DNA of 64,000 nt from an uncultured Solirubrobacterales bacterium (GTDB lineage: Bacteria > Actinomycetota > Thermoleophilia > Solirubrobacterales > 70-9). Positions 17,927-30,134 of the stretch are shown here, piece after piece (within the stretch, counting starts at the first letter, position 1; each line of letters opens with the position of its first letter). A model generated the notes under the pieces. It did not search any database. It was not told the DNA's origin and saw only the letters and a list, made by a program, of their open reading frames with translations. The stretch spans positions 97,217 to 161,216 of the forward strand of contig CAWFAI010000010.1 of the NCBI GenBank assembly GCA_963813725.1, written 5' to 3'. The translations under genes were made by a program, and so were the position numbers.

Positions 17927-18219
17927 CAGCCGCCGAGGACCAGGAAGAGGGCCACGGCCAGGGCGACGATCGCGAGCAGCGCGATCAGGCGGCGGCGCAT
18001 ATACACGTCGATACCGCCGCCGTAGCGGCTCATCGAGCGCATCTCGGGTGGCTCCCAGCCGCCATCCGGCTCCGGGGGCCTGGCCTGCTCCTCGACGGGA
18101 AGCCCCTCCTCGTCCTCGACGGGAGGGTCCTCGTCCCGAGCGACGCGCTCGCGCTCGCGCGCCTCACGGGCCGCCTGGCGCTCGTCGGCGCTTCTGCTAT
18201 CTCGCTTCATATGCCCCAA
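17923..18219 (-). CDS. Hypothetical protein with C-terminal membrane anchor
   Basis: 98 aa. Charged Arg/Glu-rich N-terminus followed by one helix (LIALLAIVALAVALFLVLGG). Good GC3. Translationally coupled to the downstream lipoprotein gene. Confidence 0.5.
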   Translation of the reverse strand: MGHMKRDSRSADERQAAREARERERVARDEDPPVEDEEGLPVEEQARPPEPDGGWEPPEMRSMSRYGGGIDVYMRRRLIALLAIVALAVALFLVLGGC

Positions 18220-18236
18220 CTGTAGGCTGATCTCGG

Positions 18237-20003
18237 ATGGCGGTTCGGGAAGCTATACCCAAGAAGCCCGAGGCCGAGACCGAGCAGGAAGTCTCGTCCT
18301 TCGCCAAGGCGCTGTTCCTGGGCGAGATCCACGAGGAGCTGGTCTTTCCCTGGCCCGCGCCCGACGCCGACGAGCAGGAGCGGATCCGCGACCTCAACCG
18401 CCGGCTTCGCGAGTACTGCGCCGAGAACTATGACCCGCGCCGCGTCGAGGAGGAGCGCTGGGTTCCGGACGAGGTGATCCGCGACCTCGGCGAGATCGGG
18501 GTGCTGGGCCTCTACGTGGACGAGCGATACGGCGGCCAGGGCCTGAGCCAGACCGGCTACGCGCGCGTGTTCGAGACGATCGGGGAGATCGACGCCACCC
18601 TGGCGATCGTGCTCGGGGTGCACCAGTCGATCGGCTACAAGGGCGTCGCCCTGTTCGGCACCGACGAGCAGAAGGAGCGATGGCTGCCCGACCTGGCCAC
18701 CGGGCGCAAGCTCGCGGCCTTCGCCCTGACCGAGCCCCAGGCGGGCTCGGACGCGTATGAGATCCAGTCGCGCGCCGTCGAGCAGCCCGACGGCTCGTGG
18801 GTGCTGAACGGCGAGAAGCGCTACATCGGCAACGGCTCGCGCGCCGACGTGATCACCGCCTTCGCCCGCTGCGAGGTGGACGGGCGCGACAAGCACATCG
18901 CGCTGGTGCTGGAGAAGGGGATGGAGGGCCTGGAGGTCGGGGAGCGCTTCGACACGATGGGCCTGCGCGGCAACGACCTGCGCCGCCTCTACTTCAAGGA
19001 CGTCCGCGTCCCCGCCGAGAACGTCCTCGGCGAGCCCGGCGACGGCTTCCGCATCGCCATGCAGATCCTCAACAACGGCCGCATCGGCCTCGGCACCGGG
19101 TCGGTGGGCGCCACCAAGACGCTGCTTGATCTGACCATCGCCCACGTCAAGGAGCGCCGCCAGTTCGGCCAGCCCCTCGCCGACTTCGAGCTCGTCCAGG
19201 ACAAGATCGGCTGGATGGTCTCCTACCTGTTCGGGCTGGAGTCCATGACCTACCTCACCTGCGGGCTGGTCGACGCCGGGGTCCCCGACTACTCCCTGGA
19301 ATCCGCGATCTGCAAGGTCAGCGGCACCGAGTTCCTCTGGTACGCCGCCAACCGCTCGCTGCAGCTGGCGGGCGGCCAGGGCTACCTGCGCACCGAGCCC
19401 TGGGAGAAGGTGGTGCGCGACATCCGCATCTTCCCGATCTTCGAGGGCGCCAACGACGTGCTCCGTGCCTTCATCGCGCTCGGCGGCATCAAGCCCGTCG
19501 GCGAGAAGCTCGAGGGCATGGGCGACCTGGCCCTGGGCGACCCGATCCGGTCCATCGGAGTACTGGTTGATTATGTGACCGACCGCGCCAAGCGCGAGGT
19601 CAAACCCGACAAGCTGAGCCTGGCCCACGAAGAGCTCTCCGATCACGCCGACGCGGTCAGCGATCAGGTGAAGCGGCTCGCCGGCGTGACCGAAGGGCTG
19701 ATCCGCGAGCACCGCAAGGAGATCATCCACCGCCAGTTCGCCCAGAAGCGCCTGGCCGACGCGGTCGCCGACATCTTCGCCCAGGTCTCCGTGCTCTCCC
19801 GCGTCAGCTCGATCTTCGCCGACCAGGGCGTCGAGGCCTCGGGCCAGGAGCGCTTCATCGCCGACACCTTCTGCTCGCGCGCGGCCTCGCGCGTCGCCTA
19901 CAACTTCGACCAGGTCGAGCACAACGACGACGACCGCATGACCTCGATCGCGAAGCTCGCCTACAAGCGCGGCTCCTACGGATACGCGCTGTTCGAGGAC
20001 TAG
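18237..20003 (+). CDS. Acyl-CoA dehydrogenase (long, VLCAD/ACAD9-like with C-terminal extension)
   Basis: 588 aa. Typical ACAD regions: AFALTEPQAGSDA, RYIGNG, IFEGANDV. Confidence 0.9.
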   Translation: MAVREAIPKKPEAETEQEVSSFAKALFLGEIHEELVFPWPAPDADEQERIRDLNRRLREYCAENYDPRRVEEERWVPDEVIRDLGEIGVLGLYVDERYGGQGLSQTGYARVFETIGEIDATLAIVLGVHQSIGYKGVALFGTDEQKERWLPDLATGRKLAAFALTEPQAGSDAYEIQSRAVEQPDGSWVLNGEKRYIGNGSRADVITAFARCEVDGRDKHIALVLEKGMEGLEVGERFDTMGLRGNDLRRLYFKDVRVPAENVLGEPGDGFRIAMQILNNGRIGLGTGSVGATKTLLDLTIAHVKERRQFGQPLADFELVQDKIGWMVSYLFGLESMTYLTCGLVDAGVPDYSLESAICKVSGTEFLWYAANRSLQLAGGQGYLRTEPWEKVVRDIRIFPIFEGANDVLRAFIALGGIKPVGEKLEGMGDLALGDPIRSIGVLVDYVTDRAKREVKPDKLSLAHEELSDHADAVSDQVKRLAGVTEGLIREHRKEIIHRQFAQKRLADAVADIFAQVSVLSRVSSIFADQGVEASGQERFIADTFCSRAASRVAYNFDQVEHNDDDRMTSIAKLAYKRGSYGYALFED

Positions 20004-20054
20004 CCGGCAACTTCTACCTACAGGCGCCGCAGCCGCGCCTAACATACAGCCTGT

Positions 20055-20668
20055 ATGGCCAGAACTTCAACCAAGGCCGCCGCGCCCGGCCGGCGCGAAA
20101 AGGACGCGGAGGCCACCCGCCAGGCGCTGATCGACGCGGGCTTCGCGCTGTTCAGCGCTCGCGGCTACTCGGAGGTGGGCACCGAGGAGATAGTCGAGCG
20201 GGCGAAGGTCACCCGCGGGGCCCTGTACCACCACTTCGCCGACAAGCGCGACCTCTTCCGCGCCGTGCACGAGCGCGTCGAGGAGGACCTGGTCGCGCGC
20301 ATCGCCGCGCGGATGGAGGGCGTGGCGGACCCCTGGGAGGTGATGGTGACGGGCACCCGCGCCTTCCTCGACGCCTGCCGCGAGCCCGCCCTGAAGCAGA
20401 TAGCTCTCGTTGATGCCCCGGCCGTGCTGGGCTGGCGCGAGTGGCGCGAGATCGACGAGCGCTACGGACTGGGCCTGATGAAGGCCGCGCTGGGGGGCGC
20501 CATCGAAGCCGGCGTCCTCCGCCCCGCCCCCTCGACGCCCTCAGCCACCTGATGCTCGGGGCGCTCGCCGAGGCGGCGTTCGTGATCGCCAACGCCGAGG
20601 ACCCCGCGGCCGCTCGGGAGGAGTCCGAGAGCGCGTTATTCGCGCTGCTCGAGGGGCTGCGCGCCTGA
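20055..20668 (+). pseudogene. TetR family transcriptional regulator, frameshifted (probable 1-nt deletion)
   Basis: TetR HTH: GYSEVGTEEIVERAKVTRGALYHHFADKRDLF. The frame breaks in the C-run 20527-20531. The natural C-terminus (LDALSHLMLGALAEAAFVIANAEDPAAAREESESALFALLEGLRA) is in tracked ORF 20441..20668. (614+1) nt is a multiple of 3. Confidence 0.85.
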
Positions 20669-21258
20669 GGGCGGCCCCCGGTCGTCGGGCGGGCGGCCGC
20701 GGTTCTTCATCCCGCGCCGGATCGCCTTGCGCAGCAGCAGGATCAGCCCGACCCCGATCGCCAGCAGCACCAACACGACCGCCAGCGCGATCACCGGCTC
20801 GGCCAGCACCAGCGCGATGACGACCGCGACGATCCCGTCCTCGATCAGGCTGACGAAGATGTTCGAGAACGGCTCGGGCGAGGCGTTGATCCCCAGCCGC
20901 ACGCCGGCCTTGATCGCGTGGCTGGTCAGGGCGGTGCCGCCCGAGACGCCGCCCGAGACGATCTGCTCGGCCTCGCTGACCTGGTCGAACTCGGCGAACT
21001 CGACGCCGATCAGGCTGGCGACGGCAGGTCGGATCACCGTATGGGCAACGTCCCAGAGGTTGTCGAGGTAGGGGATCTTGTCGGTGACGAACTCGATCGC
21101 GTACATCACCCCCGCGCCGATCAGCACGGCGTCGCCCATCAGCGGCTCGGGGACTTCGCCGAACCCGCCCGGCCCAGCAGGTTCAGCAGCACGACCGTGC
21201 CGTAGGCGTTGATCCCGGTCGCGTAGCCGGTGCTGATGACGGTCGGGACGAGGTCCAT
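20636..21258 (-). pseudogene. DUF4126 domain membrane protein, frameshifted (probable 1-nt deletion)
   Basis: An untracked ATG at 21258 gives MDLVPTVISTGYATGINAYGTVVLLNLLGRAG. The continuation FGEVPEPLMGDAVLIGAGVMYAIEFVTDKIPYLDNLWDVAHTVIRP is in the frame of ORF 20636..21523. The break is at the C-run 21164-21166. Confidence 0.75.
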
Positions 21259-21365
21259 TGGCGCGGCAGCCTAGGGCCAATCCGCCCACGACCGTAACCC
21301 CCCGCCCCGCTCCGGCGCTTGAACGGGGCGAGTACCGCAAATCGATGACGATCCGAGGAGGAACG

Positions 21366-21812
21366 ATGCGGAGCATCAGAAAGAGCCTGGCGCTGGCCGG
21401 GATCGCCACGCTGGCGCTGGCCGTGACGGCGAGCGCCGAGCCCGGCGGGAACGGCAAGGGCAAGGCCAAGGGCCACGACAAGGTCGCCAAGCAGTGCGCC
21501 ATGGAGAAGAAGGCGCTCGGCAAGGACGCGTTTCGTGAGCTCTACGGCAAGCCGGCGATGAAGAACTGCAAGGCCGCCGGCGACGACGGCGTGGGCGTCG
21601 GGGAGAAGGTCAACGCCGCCAAGGAGTGCAAGGCGGAGCAGGCCGACCCGAACTTCGCCGCGTCTCACGACGGCAAGACGTTCGACGAGTTCTACGGGAC
21701 CAACGGCAATCCGAAGAAGGAGACGGCCGGTACCGGCAAGAACGCGTTCGGCAAGTGCGTCTCGACCAAGGCGAAGGCGAAGGGCGAGGAGGAGCCTCCC
21801 CCGACCCTATAG
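21366..21812 (+). CDS. Small secreted Lys-rich protein (hypothetical)
   Basis: ATG 21366 is preceded by GAGGAGG. Signal peptide MRSIRKSLALAGIATLALAVTASA. 148 aa with 4 Cys. Confidence 0.6.
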   Translation: MRSIRKSLALAGIATLALAVTASAEPGGNGKGKAKGHDKVAKQCAMEKKALGKDAFRELYGKPAMKNCKAAGDDGVGVGEKVNAAKECKAEQADPNFAASHDGKTFDEFYGTNGNPKKETAGTGKNAFGKCVSTKAKAKGEEEPPPTL

Positions 21813-21837
21813 CCGGGTTCGAGCATTTCATGCAAGC

Positions 21838-21868
21838 GAGAAGGGCCCCAGGGAAGGGGCCCTCTCTC
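21838..21868. terminator. Hairpin between convergent genes
   Basis: agggcccc (21842-21849) pairs with ggggccct (21856-21863), with a 6-nt loop and flanking gaga/tctc extension. Confidence 0.4.
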
Positions 21869-21900
21869 GTTCAAGCGTCAACATGCGCTCGCCGCGTGGA

Positions 21901-22735
21901 TCAGGCCTCTACGGGATCGCCGGTTTCCGTGCACGGAGGAGTCAGCTCGGTTGCGCGCGAGTGAGCCTGCTCCTCCTCGATCGTGTGCAGCACGTGCTCC
22001 ATCTCGATCGGCGTGATGCTCCCGTGCTCCTCTGCGAAGGGGTGATCGAGGAACCAGACCAAGAGCAGCGCCGAGGTCACCATCACCGCGACCGACGCGA
22101 CGACCGCCCCCTGGACCAGGAAGCTCCCCCTTCGGTTGGCGCTCAGGGCAACCCAGCCGATCGTCAACCCGGCCCCCAGCAGCAGCACGATCCACAGCGG
22201 GCGCGGCACCACGCGGATGGCCTCGGCCAGCCGGGTCCGCCGTCCCTCGATTCGCTCATCCTGTTCGATCAGCATCTGGCGAAACGAGTCCTTCTGGATG
22301 AAGGTGCTGACGTTCAGGCCCAGGACCTCTTCCCTGAACCGGGCGCCCCACTCGTTGACCACCGGGCTCGAGTTCTCGTCCCGCATCGCCGGCCAGCCTT
22401 GATGGACGACCGCACGGCCGTAACAGACCAAGCTGCCCCTCAGCGCCGCGCCCTCCTCCGGCTCGTACGCCTCGGCCGTCCGCGAGAGCTCGAGGACGGC
22501 CTGTGCCTCCAGCTCCGCTCCTCGCTTGCCCTCGTTGTAGCTGTCGTAGGCCTCTAGCACGACGAAAGCGAGCAGGACCGCGAAGGCGGTGCCGAGGAAG
22601 TCGAACGCCTTGTTGTGCTCTCCGACCTCTTTCGCGAAGCGCTCGTTGTAGGGACTGCGACGCGCCGCCCACAGGAAACGCGAGGGAGACGAGCGTCACG
22701 CCGATCACGATCCCGGCCTGCGCGACCAGAGTCAT
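21901..22735 (-). pseudogene. Membrane protein (DUF4239/bestrophin-like, tentative), frameshifted
   Basis: ATG 22735 gives MTLVAQAGIVIGVTLVSLAF. The frame changes at the A-run 22676-22678 (plus strand) to LWAARRSPYNERFAKEVGEHNKAFDFLGTAFAVLLAFVVLEAYDSYNEG.. (ORF 21901..22560). (835-1) nt is a multiple of 3. Confidence 0.6.
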
Positions 22736-22808
22736 CCGCCTGAGCCTATCCCCAGGCGGCCCTACATCCCCCGGCCCGTCCTCCGCATTCGCCTCCGGGC
22801 GTGCCTGC

Positions 22809-23975
<1,167 letters not shown>

Positions 23976-24059
23976 CGAGGGGTCTCCTTGAGGTGGGGTG
24001 CGGTTCGGCTCGGGTAGGTCAGGTTCGGGTGCGTCGGGTGTGAGGGCGCACAGTCTAGG

Positions 24060-24647
24060 ATGCGCGCGATGGCGGAGCGGAAGCCGAGCGAGGAGCAGAA
24101 AAAGCCTGCATCCGAGGACGAGTCGGAGGCGGAGACGAAGGTCGAGCCGACGACCGAGACGAAGGTCGAGTCGAAGCCGGAGGGGAAGTCCGAGCCCAAG
24201 CCCCCGGCAAAGCCCAGGAACATCGAGGAGCGCATGGAGGGCGTCCAGGGCTGGATGGCAGAGCTCGAGAAGCGCCAGGAGCGCGCGACCCGCGTCGGGG
24301 GCGCGGCCTTGGTCCTGGCGATCCTCGCCGCGGGCGGCGCGCTGGCGCTGGGCATCCTCAACAAGCAGGACGCGGCGACCACCGACGACGTGGACGAGCT
24401 GACCGAGAAGGTGAACCAGCTGGGTGGCTCGATCGAGCAGCAGACCAACAAGCAGGTGAGGGGCATCAACGACCGCCTGGCCGCGCTCGAGCAGCAGCTC
24501 GCGAGCCTGAACGAGCGCCAGCGCAAGGCGGAGGCCGACATCGCGAAGCTGAAGCAGAGCCAGAACACCGCGGCCGACATCGCCGCCGCCCAGCCCGCGC
24601 CCGACGCCGGCGGCGCCAACGACGGCGGCGCCCAGCAGCAGCCCTAG
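24060..24647 (+). CDS. Hypothetical membrane-anchored coiled-coil protein
   Basis: 195 aa. Acidic/Lys-rich N-terminus with the ETKVE.. repeat, one helix (GGAALVLAILAAGGALALGIL), then a heptad-like C-terminal region. Confidence 0.5.
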   Translation: MRAMAERKPSEEQKKPASEDESEAETKVEPTTETKVESKPEGKSEPKPPAKPRNIEERMEGVQGWMAELEKRQERATRVGGAALVLAILAAGGALALGILNKQDAATTDDVDELTEKVNQLGGSIEQQTNKQVRGINDRLAALEQQLASLNERQRKAEADIAKLKQSQNTAADIAAAQPAPDAGGANDGGAQQQP

Positions 24648-24837
24648 CGCCGCCGGGGCACGGAGGGCGCCTGTTCGGCCGTGCTTGTGCCGAACTGCAC
24701 AAGGAGATTCGTGCCTGGGCAGGCGTTCGTGCGTGGGCGTCCGACGATTGCTCTAGCGTCATCGTGACTGGGGATTACGCACGAATAGGCGTGGGTACCC
24801 TGGAACAGGCCAATGTCGGCTCGAAAGGAGGCTCTCA

Positions 24838-24990
24838 GTGGCTGAGGGCTATTGCGTCAAGGAACGCAAGAAGGTCGAGATCAAGGACCCGCAGCAGGTC
24901 ACGATGAAGAACGGTCGCCCGGCTATTCAGGGCACGTGCCCCGACTGCGGCACCAAGATCTTCAAGATCGGGAAGCTGGAGAACAACTAG
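24838..24990 (+). CDS. Small zinc-ribbon-like protein (DUF5679-like), not in the ORF track
   Basis: GTG 24838 is preceded by AAGGAGG (24824-24830). The 50-aa product is MAEGYCVKERKKVEIKDPQQVTMKNGRPAIQGTCPDCGTKIFKIGKLENN. GC3 is high, and it matches the actinobacterial DUF5679 pattern as I recall it. Confidence 0.7.
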   Translation: MAEGYCVKERKKVEIKDPQQVTMKNGRPAIQGTCPDCGTKIFKIGKLENN

Positions 24991-25748
24991 CCCGCTTTTT
25001 CTGCACTCGTGGGGGGCCGCCCACGAGTGCCCGGCGACCAGCCGGCATGGGCGCGACGCGACCTCGGATCTCGTCGAGTAGCCGCGTCGCAAGCACTGGG
25101 GCCTCTTCGCCCGGTTGCGGGTCTCCCGCGGCCGGGCGAAAGAAGGCCACCCTCACCCGTGGACGCCTGGGGAACCGTGCGTAAGTCGTCGTCCCCTCGA
25201 CCGTGCAGAGGACGACCTGCACGCCCGGGCACCACTCGGCCAGGCGGCCCACACCGCTGCGTGCGCGCAGGCGCTCGCCCCAGGAGAGGCCGCCCTCGGG
25301 AAAGACGCAGATCGCCTCGCCCGCGGCCAGCGCCTCGATCGCCTTCTCGAGCGCGGCCGAGTCGCCCGTTCCGCGCCTGATCGGAATCTGTCCCAGGCCG
25401 TAGAGCACGGGGCCGAGCAGCAAGCCGCCCCAGCACGGGGATCCTCCAGAGGCTGGCGCGGGCGAGGAAGCGCAGCCTGCGCCTGGGCTTGACCGCGAGC
25501 CCGATCAGGATCGGGTCCCACTGGCTGTCGTGGTTGGGCACGACCAGCAGCGGGCCCTCGGCCGGCACCTGGTCGAGCCCCTCGACGCTCAGCCGCCCCC
25601 ACCAGGCGGCGGGCCGCATCAGGCTCGCGGCGAGGTCATAGAGCACGGCGCCAACCGTATGCGACGGCGGGCCGCCCCCGGTGCGAGGACCGCTCGACCC
25701 CGTGCGATATGTCACACCGAACGGGAACGGCCACACCGATAGAGCCAC
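24962..25748 (-). pseudogene. 1-acyl-sn-glycerol-3-phosphate acyltransferase (PlsC-like), frameshifted
   Basis: The NHDSQWDP block (HX4D) is in ORF 24987..25748. The frame changes near 25424-25430. The continuation LLLGPVLYGLGQIPIRRG..ICVFPEGG (the FPEG block) is in ORF 24962..25423. The exact start and C-terminus are uncertain. Confidence 0.8.
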
Positions 25749-25789
25749 TGATGAAAGAATCGGGCGGTTAGAGGGATTAGGTGAGGTAA

Positions 25790-26194
25790 ATGGACCAGAG
25801 GCCGCTGGAGCTGATCCTGGCTCGGAACTTCCTGACGAGCCTCTCGACCCCTGCCTTCCTGGTGGACGAGGGCGGGGGCATCGTCTTCTACAACGAGGCC
25901 GCGGGGGGCCTGCTCGGAATCTCCTTCGAGGAGTTCGGCCAGAAGCCGGCCGACGAGTGGAGCAAGATCATCGGCCCCTTCGGCGACGACGGCGAGCCGC
26001 TCCCGATCGAGGGGCTGTCCACGACCAAGGCCGCGCGGGAGGGCCGCCCCTCGCACGACAGGTTCTGCATCCACGCCGTCAACGGCACGGAGCACAAGGT
26101 CGAATCCACGGTGCTGCCGATCGTCGCCGAGGGCGGACAGGAGGGCGCGATGATCTTTCTCTGGGCCCGCAACGGAAGCGCCGGTGACGGCTAG
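25790..26194 (+). CDS. PAS domain-only protein
   Basis: 134 aa. PAFLVDEGGGIVFYNEAAGGLLGISFEE ... RFCIHAVNGTEHKVESTVLPI fits a single PAS fold. Confidence 0.65.
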   Translation: MDQRPLELILARNFLTSLSTPAFLVDEGGGIVFYNEAAGGLLGISFEEFGQKPADEWSKIIGPFGDDGEPLPIEGLSTTKAAREGRPSHDRFCIHAVNGTEHKVESTVLPIVAEGGQEGAMIFLWARNGSAGDG

Positions 26195-26220
26195 ATGCCG
26201 GTGATGGCGGGGGTGCGGGC

Positions 26221-27132
<912 letters not shown>

Positions 27133-27136
<4 letters not shown>

Positions 27137-28617
27137 GCGAGCGGCTCCTGGGCGACGGGCTCCGAGACGGCGAGCGGCGGGCGCCGCCCCGCCCACGGCC
27201 GCTCGGACTCGAGCTGCGCCGCAAGCGACAGCAGCGTCGCCTCGTCGTTGGGGGGCGCCACCAGCTGTACGGCCAGCGGCAGCCCCTCGGCGCTGAGTCG
27301 CGCCGGGACCGCCGCCGCGGGCTGGCCGGTGTGGTTGAAGGGCACCGCGTAGGGGTACCAGCGGCTCTGCCCCACCACGGCCCGCAGCGCCCCCAGTCCG
27401 TGCCAGCGGCCGACCTCGACGGCGGGCCCGGCCGTCATCGGGGTCAGCAGCAGGTCCACGCCGTCATCGCCGGTGAAGATCGCGTTGATGCGGTCGCTGT
27501 CGGCGCGCTCCAGCTTCAGCGCGCGGCGCACCGCCCAGCCCGGCGCCGACAGTCGCGCCAGCCGCCTGTAGCCCTTCGTCTGGCCCTCGAGCCGGTCGCC
27601 GTTGGGAACCTGGTCGATGTCCTCGGCGATGCCGCCCAGGTAGCGCGCCGGGATCTGGTTCGCGATCGAGCCCCAGTCGGGGTCCCTGCGGATGATCGTG
27701 TGGCCCAGCGAGGCGAGCAGCTCGGCCGTCTCCTCCAGCGCCGCCCTCGACTCCTCGCCCAGCAGCGGCTTGGCCAGGGCCCGCGGCGCCTTCGTGCTGA
27801 CGGCGATCCTCAGAACCCCCGGAGGCGAGGCCGCCGCCTCGCTGAAGCTGCGCTCGGGCGGCGGCGGCGCGTTCGCCGAGTGGGCCGGACCCGCGGTGAC
27901 CGCGTCCAGGAACAGGGCGGTGTCGGCGACCGTCCAGCTGACGCAGCCGTTGACCGAGAGCCCGTGCCAGTGCTCGGAGTCGATCGGGACCCGGTTGCGC
28001 TGCGGCTTCAGGCCGAACAGCCCGCAGTTGGCCGCCGGGTAGCGGATCGAGCCCGCGCCGTCCGAGGCGTGGGCGAGGGCGGCCATGCCGGCGGCGACGG
28101 CGGCCCCGCTGCCGCCGCTGGAGCCGCCCGGCGTGCGCTCGGGGTTCCAGGGGTTGCGGGTGACGCCGAAGGTCTCGGTCTCGGTGAAGCCGTGGATCGC
28201 AAGCTCGGGCAGGTTCGTCTTGCCGAGGAAGACGGCGCCGGCGGCGCGCAGGCGGGCGACGATCTCGGAGTCCCGTTCAGCCGGCTGGTCGAAGCCGGCG
28301 GTCCCCAGCATGGTCACGTCGCCCTCGACGTCCACGGTGTCCTTGATCGCGATCGGCACCCCCAGCAGCGGCTGGCTCTCGTCGCCGCCGGCGCCGGACG
28401 ACAGGCGCTCGTCGGCGTCGGCGGCGGCCGCCAGCGCCTCGTCGCCCCAGACGACGCGGAAGGCGTTCAGCTGCGGGTCGAGCCGCTCGATCCGCTCCAG
28501 GAACATCTCGGTCAGCTCCCGCGAGGTGACCTCGCGGTCGCGCAGCTTCGCGGCCAGGAGGGCCGCTCCCTCGAAGGCCAACTCCTCCGTGACGGCCGCG
28601 TCGCTCACAGCCGCCAT
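27133..28617 (-). CDS. Amidase (amidase-signature family)
   Basis: The tracked ORF extends to 28806, but ATG 28617 (MAAVSDAAVTEEL..) fits family N-termini and overlaps the upstream stop by 13 nt. Signature GGSSGGSGAAVAAG. Confidence 0.9.
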
Positions 28618-30005
28618 CCTTCCGCATCCAGCACTTCGCCCGCCGCGCGGTCGCCGCTGCGGACGGCGCCATCCATGTACCCGCACCACGTCGTCGCCGT
28701 CTCGGATCCCGCCCAATGGACGCGGCCCGAAGGCCGGCGCAGCTCCTCGCCGTAGGCGGTGAGCGCGCCCGGGGCCGGGTGGCAGACGGGGCCGCCCCCG
28801 CTCCACTCCTCATCCGCCCAGGCCTGCTCGAAGTAGGCGGTGGCCCCGCGAGCCTGGTCCCCCCACATGCGCGCGAAGCAGTCGAGCACGATGCGGCGGC
28901 GCTCGGACTCCGGCTTGCGGGCGTGCTCGATCGCCTTGGGGCCGGCGATGAACCCCAGCATCACCCCGGCCGGACCCTCGGGCGGCGAGTTGTCGAAGGT
29001 CGTCTCCACCGGTCCCTCGTCGCTGACCGCGGCGCCGCTCCACCCGTCCTCGCGCCAGAACGGCGTCTCGTAGGTGGCCGTGCACTTGGTCAGCGCCCCG
29101 CTGGCCGTCCACTGGGCGAGCTGGTCGCGCTTGGCCGAGAGGTTCGGGCTGAACCGGATCCGGCTCGTCAGCGCCGGGGCCATGGCGACCACGGCGCGGC
29201 GCGCGCGCACGGCCATGCCGTCCGCGCGGACGCGGACGCCGTCGGGGTCCTGCTCGATCAGCTCCACGGGCGCGCCCAGCCTCACCGAATCGCCCAGCTC
29301 CTCGGCCATCCGCAGGCAGATCTCCTGCGAGCCCCCGGCGATCCGGTCCTGCTGGGCGCCGCCCTCGACGTCGAGCATCGCGTCGAACCCGCCGCAGGAG
29401 TGGACCAGGTGGCACATCCACAGCAGCGACATCTGCTGCGGGCTCACCCCGAACGCCGTCCCCACCGCGATCCCGATCAGGGCCCGCGCCTTGCGGGTGC
29501 TGACCGAGTGCCGTAGCCAGGCGGCGACGGTGGTGCCGTCGAGGGCCTCGGCGTCCGGGGCGCTCCACGGCGCCTCGGTCGGCACCGTGGCCGCCAGGCG
29601 GTCCAGGCGCCGCCGCGCGCGGGCGATGTCCGCCAGCACCAGGGGCCCCAGGCGCGGGATCGTGCCCTTGTAGCGGCGGCGCTTGCCGCCCAGCTCGAGC
29701 AGGTTCCTCCCCTCGTGGTATGTGGGAAAGGTCTCCAGGCCCAGCTCACCGAGCAGCTCGAGCACCCGGTCCTGGCCGGGTCCGACCCACTGGCCCCCGA
29801 TCTCACTCACCTCGCCCTCGCCGAGCGGCATGTTCAGCGTGCGCCCGCCGACGCGGTCGCGCGCCTCCAGCACCGCCACCGTGCGGCCGGCCGCCACCAG
29901 CCGCCTCGCCGTCACCAGCCCGGCGATTCCCGCCCCGACGACCGCGACGTCAACCGCCCCGTCGGCGGGGTCGGCCTCGCGCTCGTTCGCAACCGCAGCC
30001 GCCAC
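28605..30005 (-). CDS. Flavin-containing amine oxidase (monoamine/putrescine oxidase family)
   Basis: 466 aa. Dinucleotide fold VAVVGAGIAGL plus VLEARDRVGGRT. C-terminal HWAGSETA. Confidence 0.85.
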   Translation of the reverse strand: MAAAVANEREADPADGAVDVAVVGAGIAGLVTARRLVAAGRTVAVLEARDRVGGRTLNMPLGEGEVSEIGGQWVGPGQDRVLELLGELGLETFPTYHEGRNLLELGGKRRRYKGTIPRLGPLVLADIARARRRLDRLAATVPTEAPWSAPDAEALDGTTVAAWLRHSVSTRKARALIGIAVGTAFGVSPQQMSLLWMCHLVHSCGGFDAMLDVEGGAQQDRIAGGSQEICLRMAEELGDSVRLGAPVELIEQDPDGVRVRADGMAVRARRAVVAMAPALTSRIRFSPNLSAKRDQLAQWTASGALTKCTATYETPFWREDGWSGAAVSDEGPVETTFDNSPPEGPAGVMLGFIAGPKAIEHARKPESERRRIVLDCFARMWGDQARGATAYFEQAWADEEWSGGGPVCHPAPGALTAYGEELRRPSGRVHWAGSETATTWCGYMDGAVRSGDRAAGEVLDAEGWRL

Positions 30006-30134
30006 GCGGGCAACCTATCCCCAAACCACGCGCCCCCGAGACCGCAACCCTGGGCCGGTAAATCTGTTCTCAATATTCAGTAGCAGCCAGAAGGGCCTCG
30101 GGGTGAGGCCCCCGAACCAGGGAGTGATTCATCC

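Noticed and set aside
21816-21830. gggttcgagc resembling a tRNA T-arm (GGTTCGA)
   Set aside because: There is no complementary T-stem 3' half, no acceptor stem and no anticodon arm around it. It lies in a terminator region between convergent genes.
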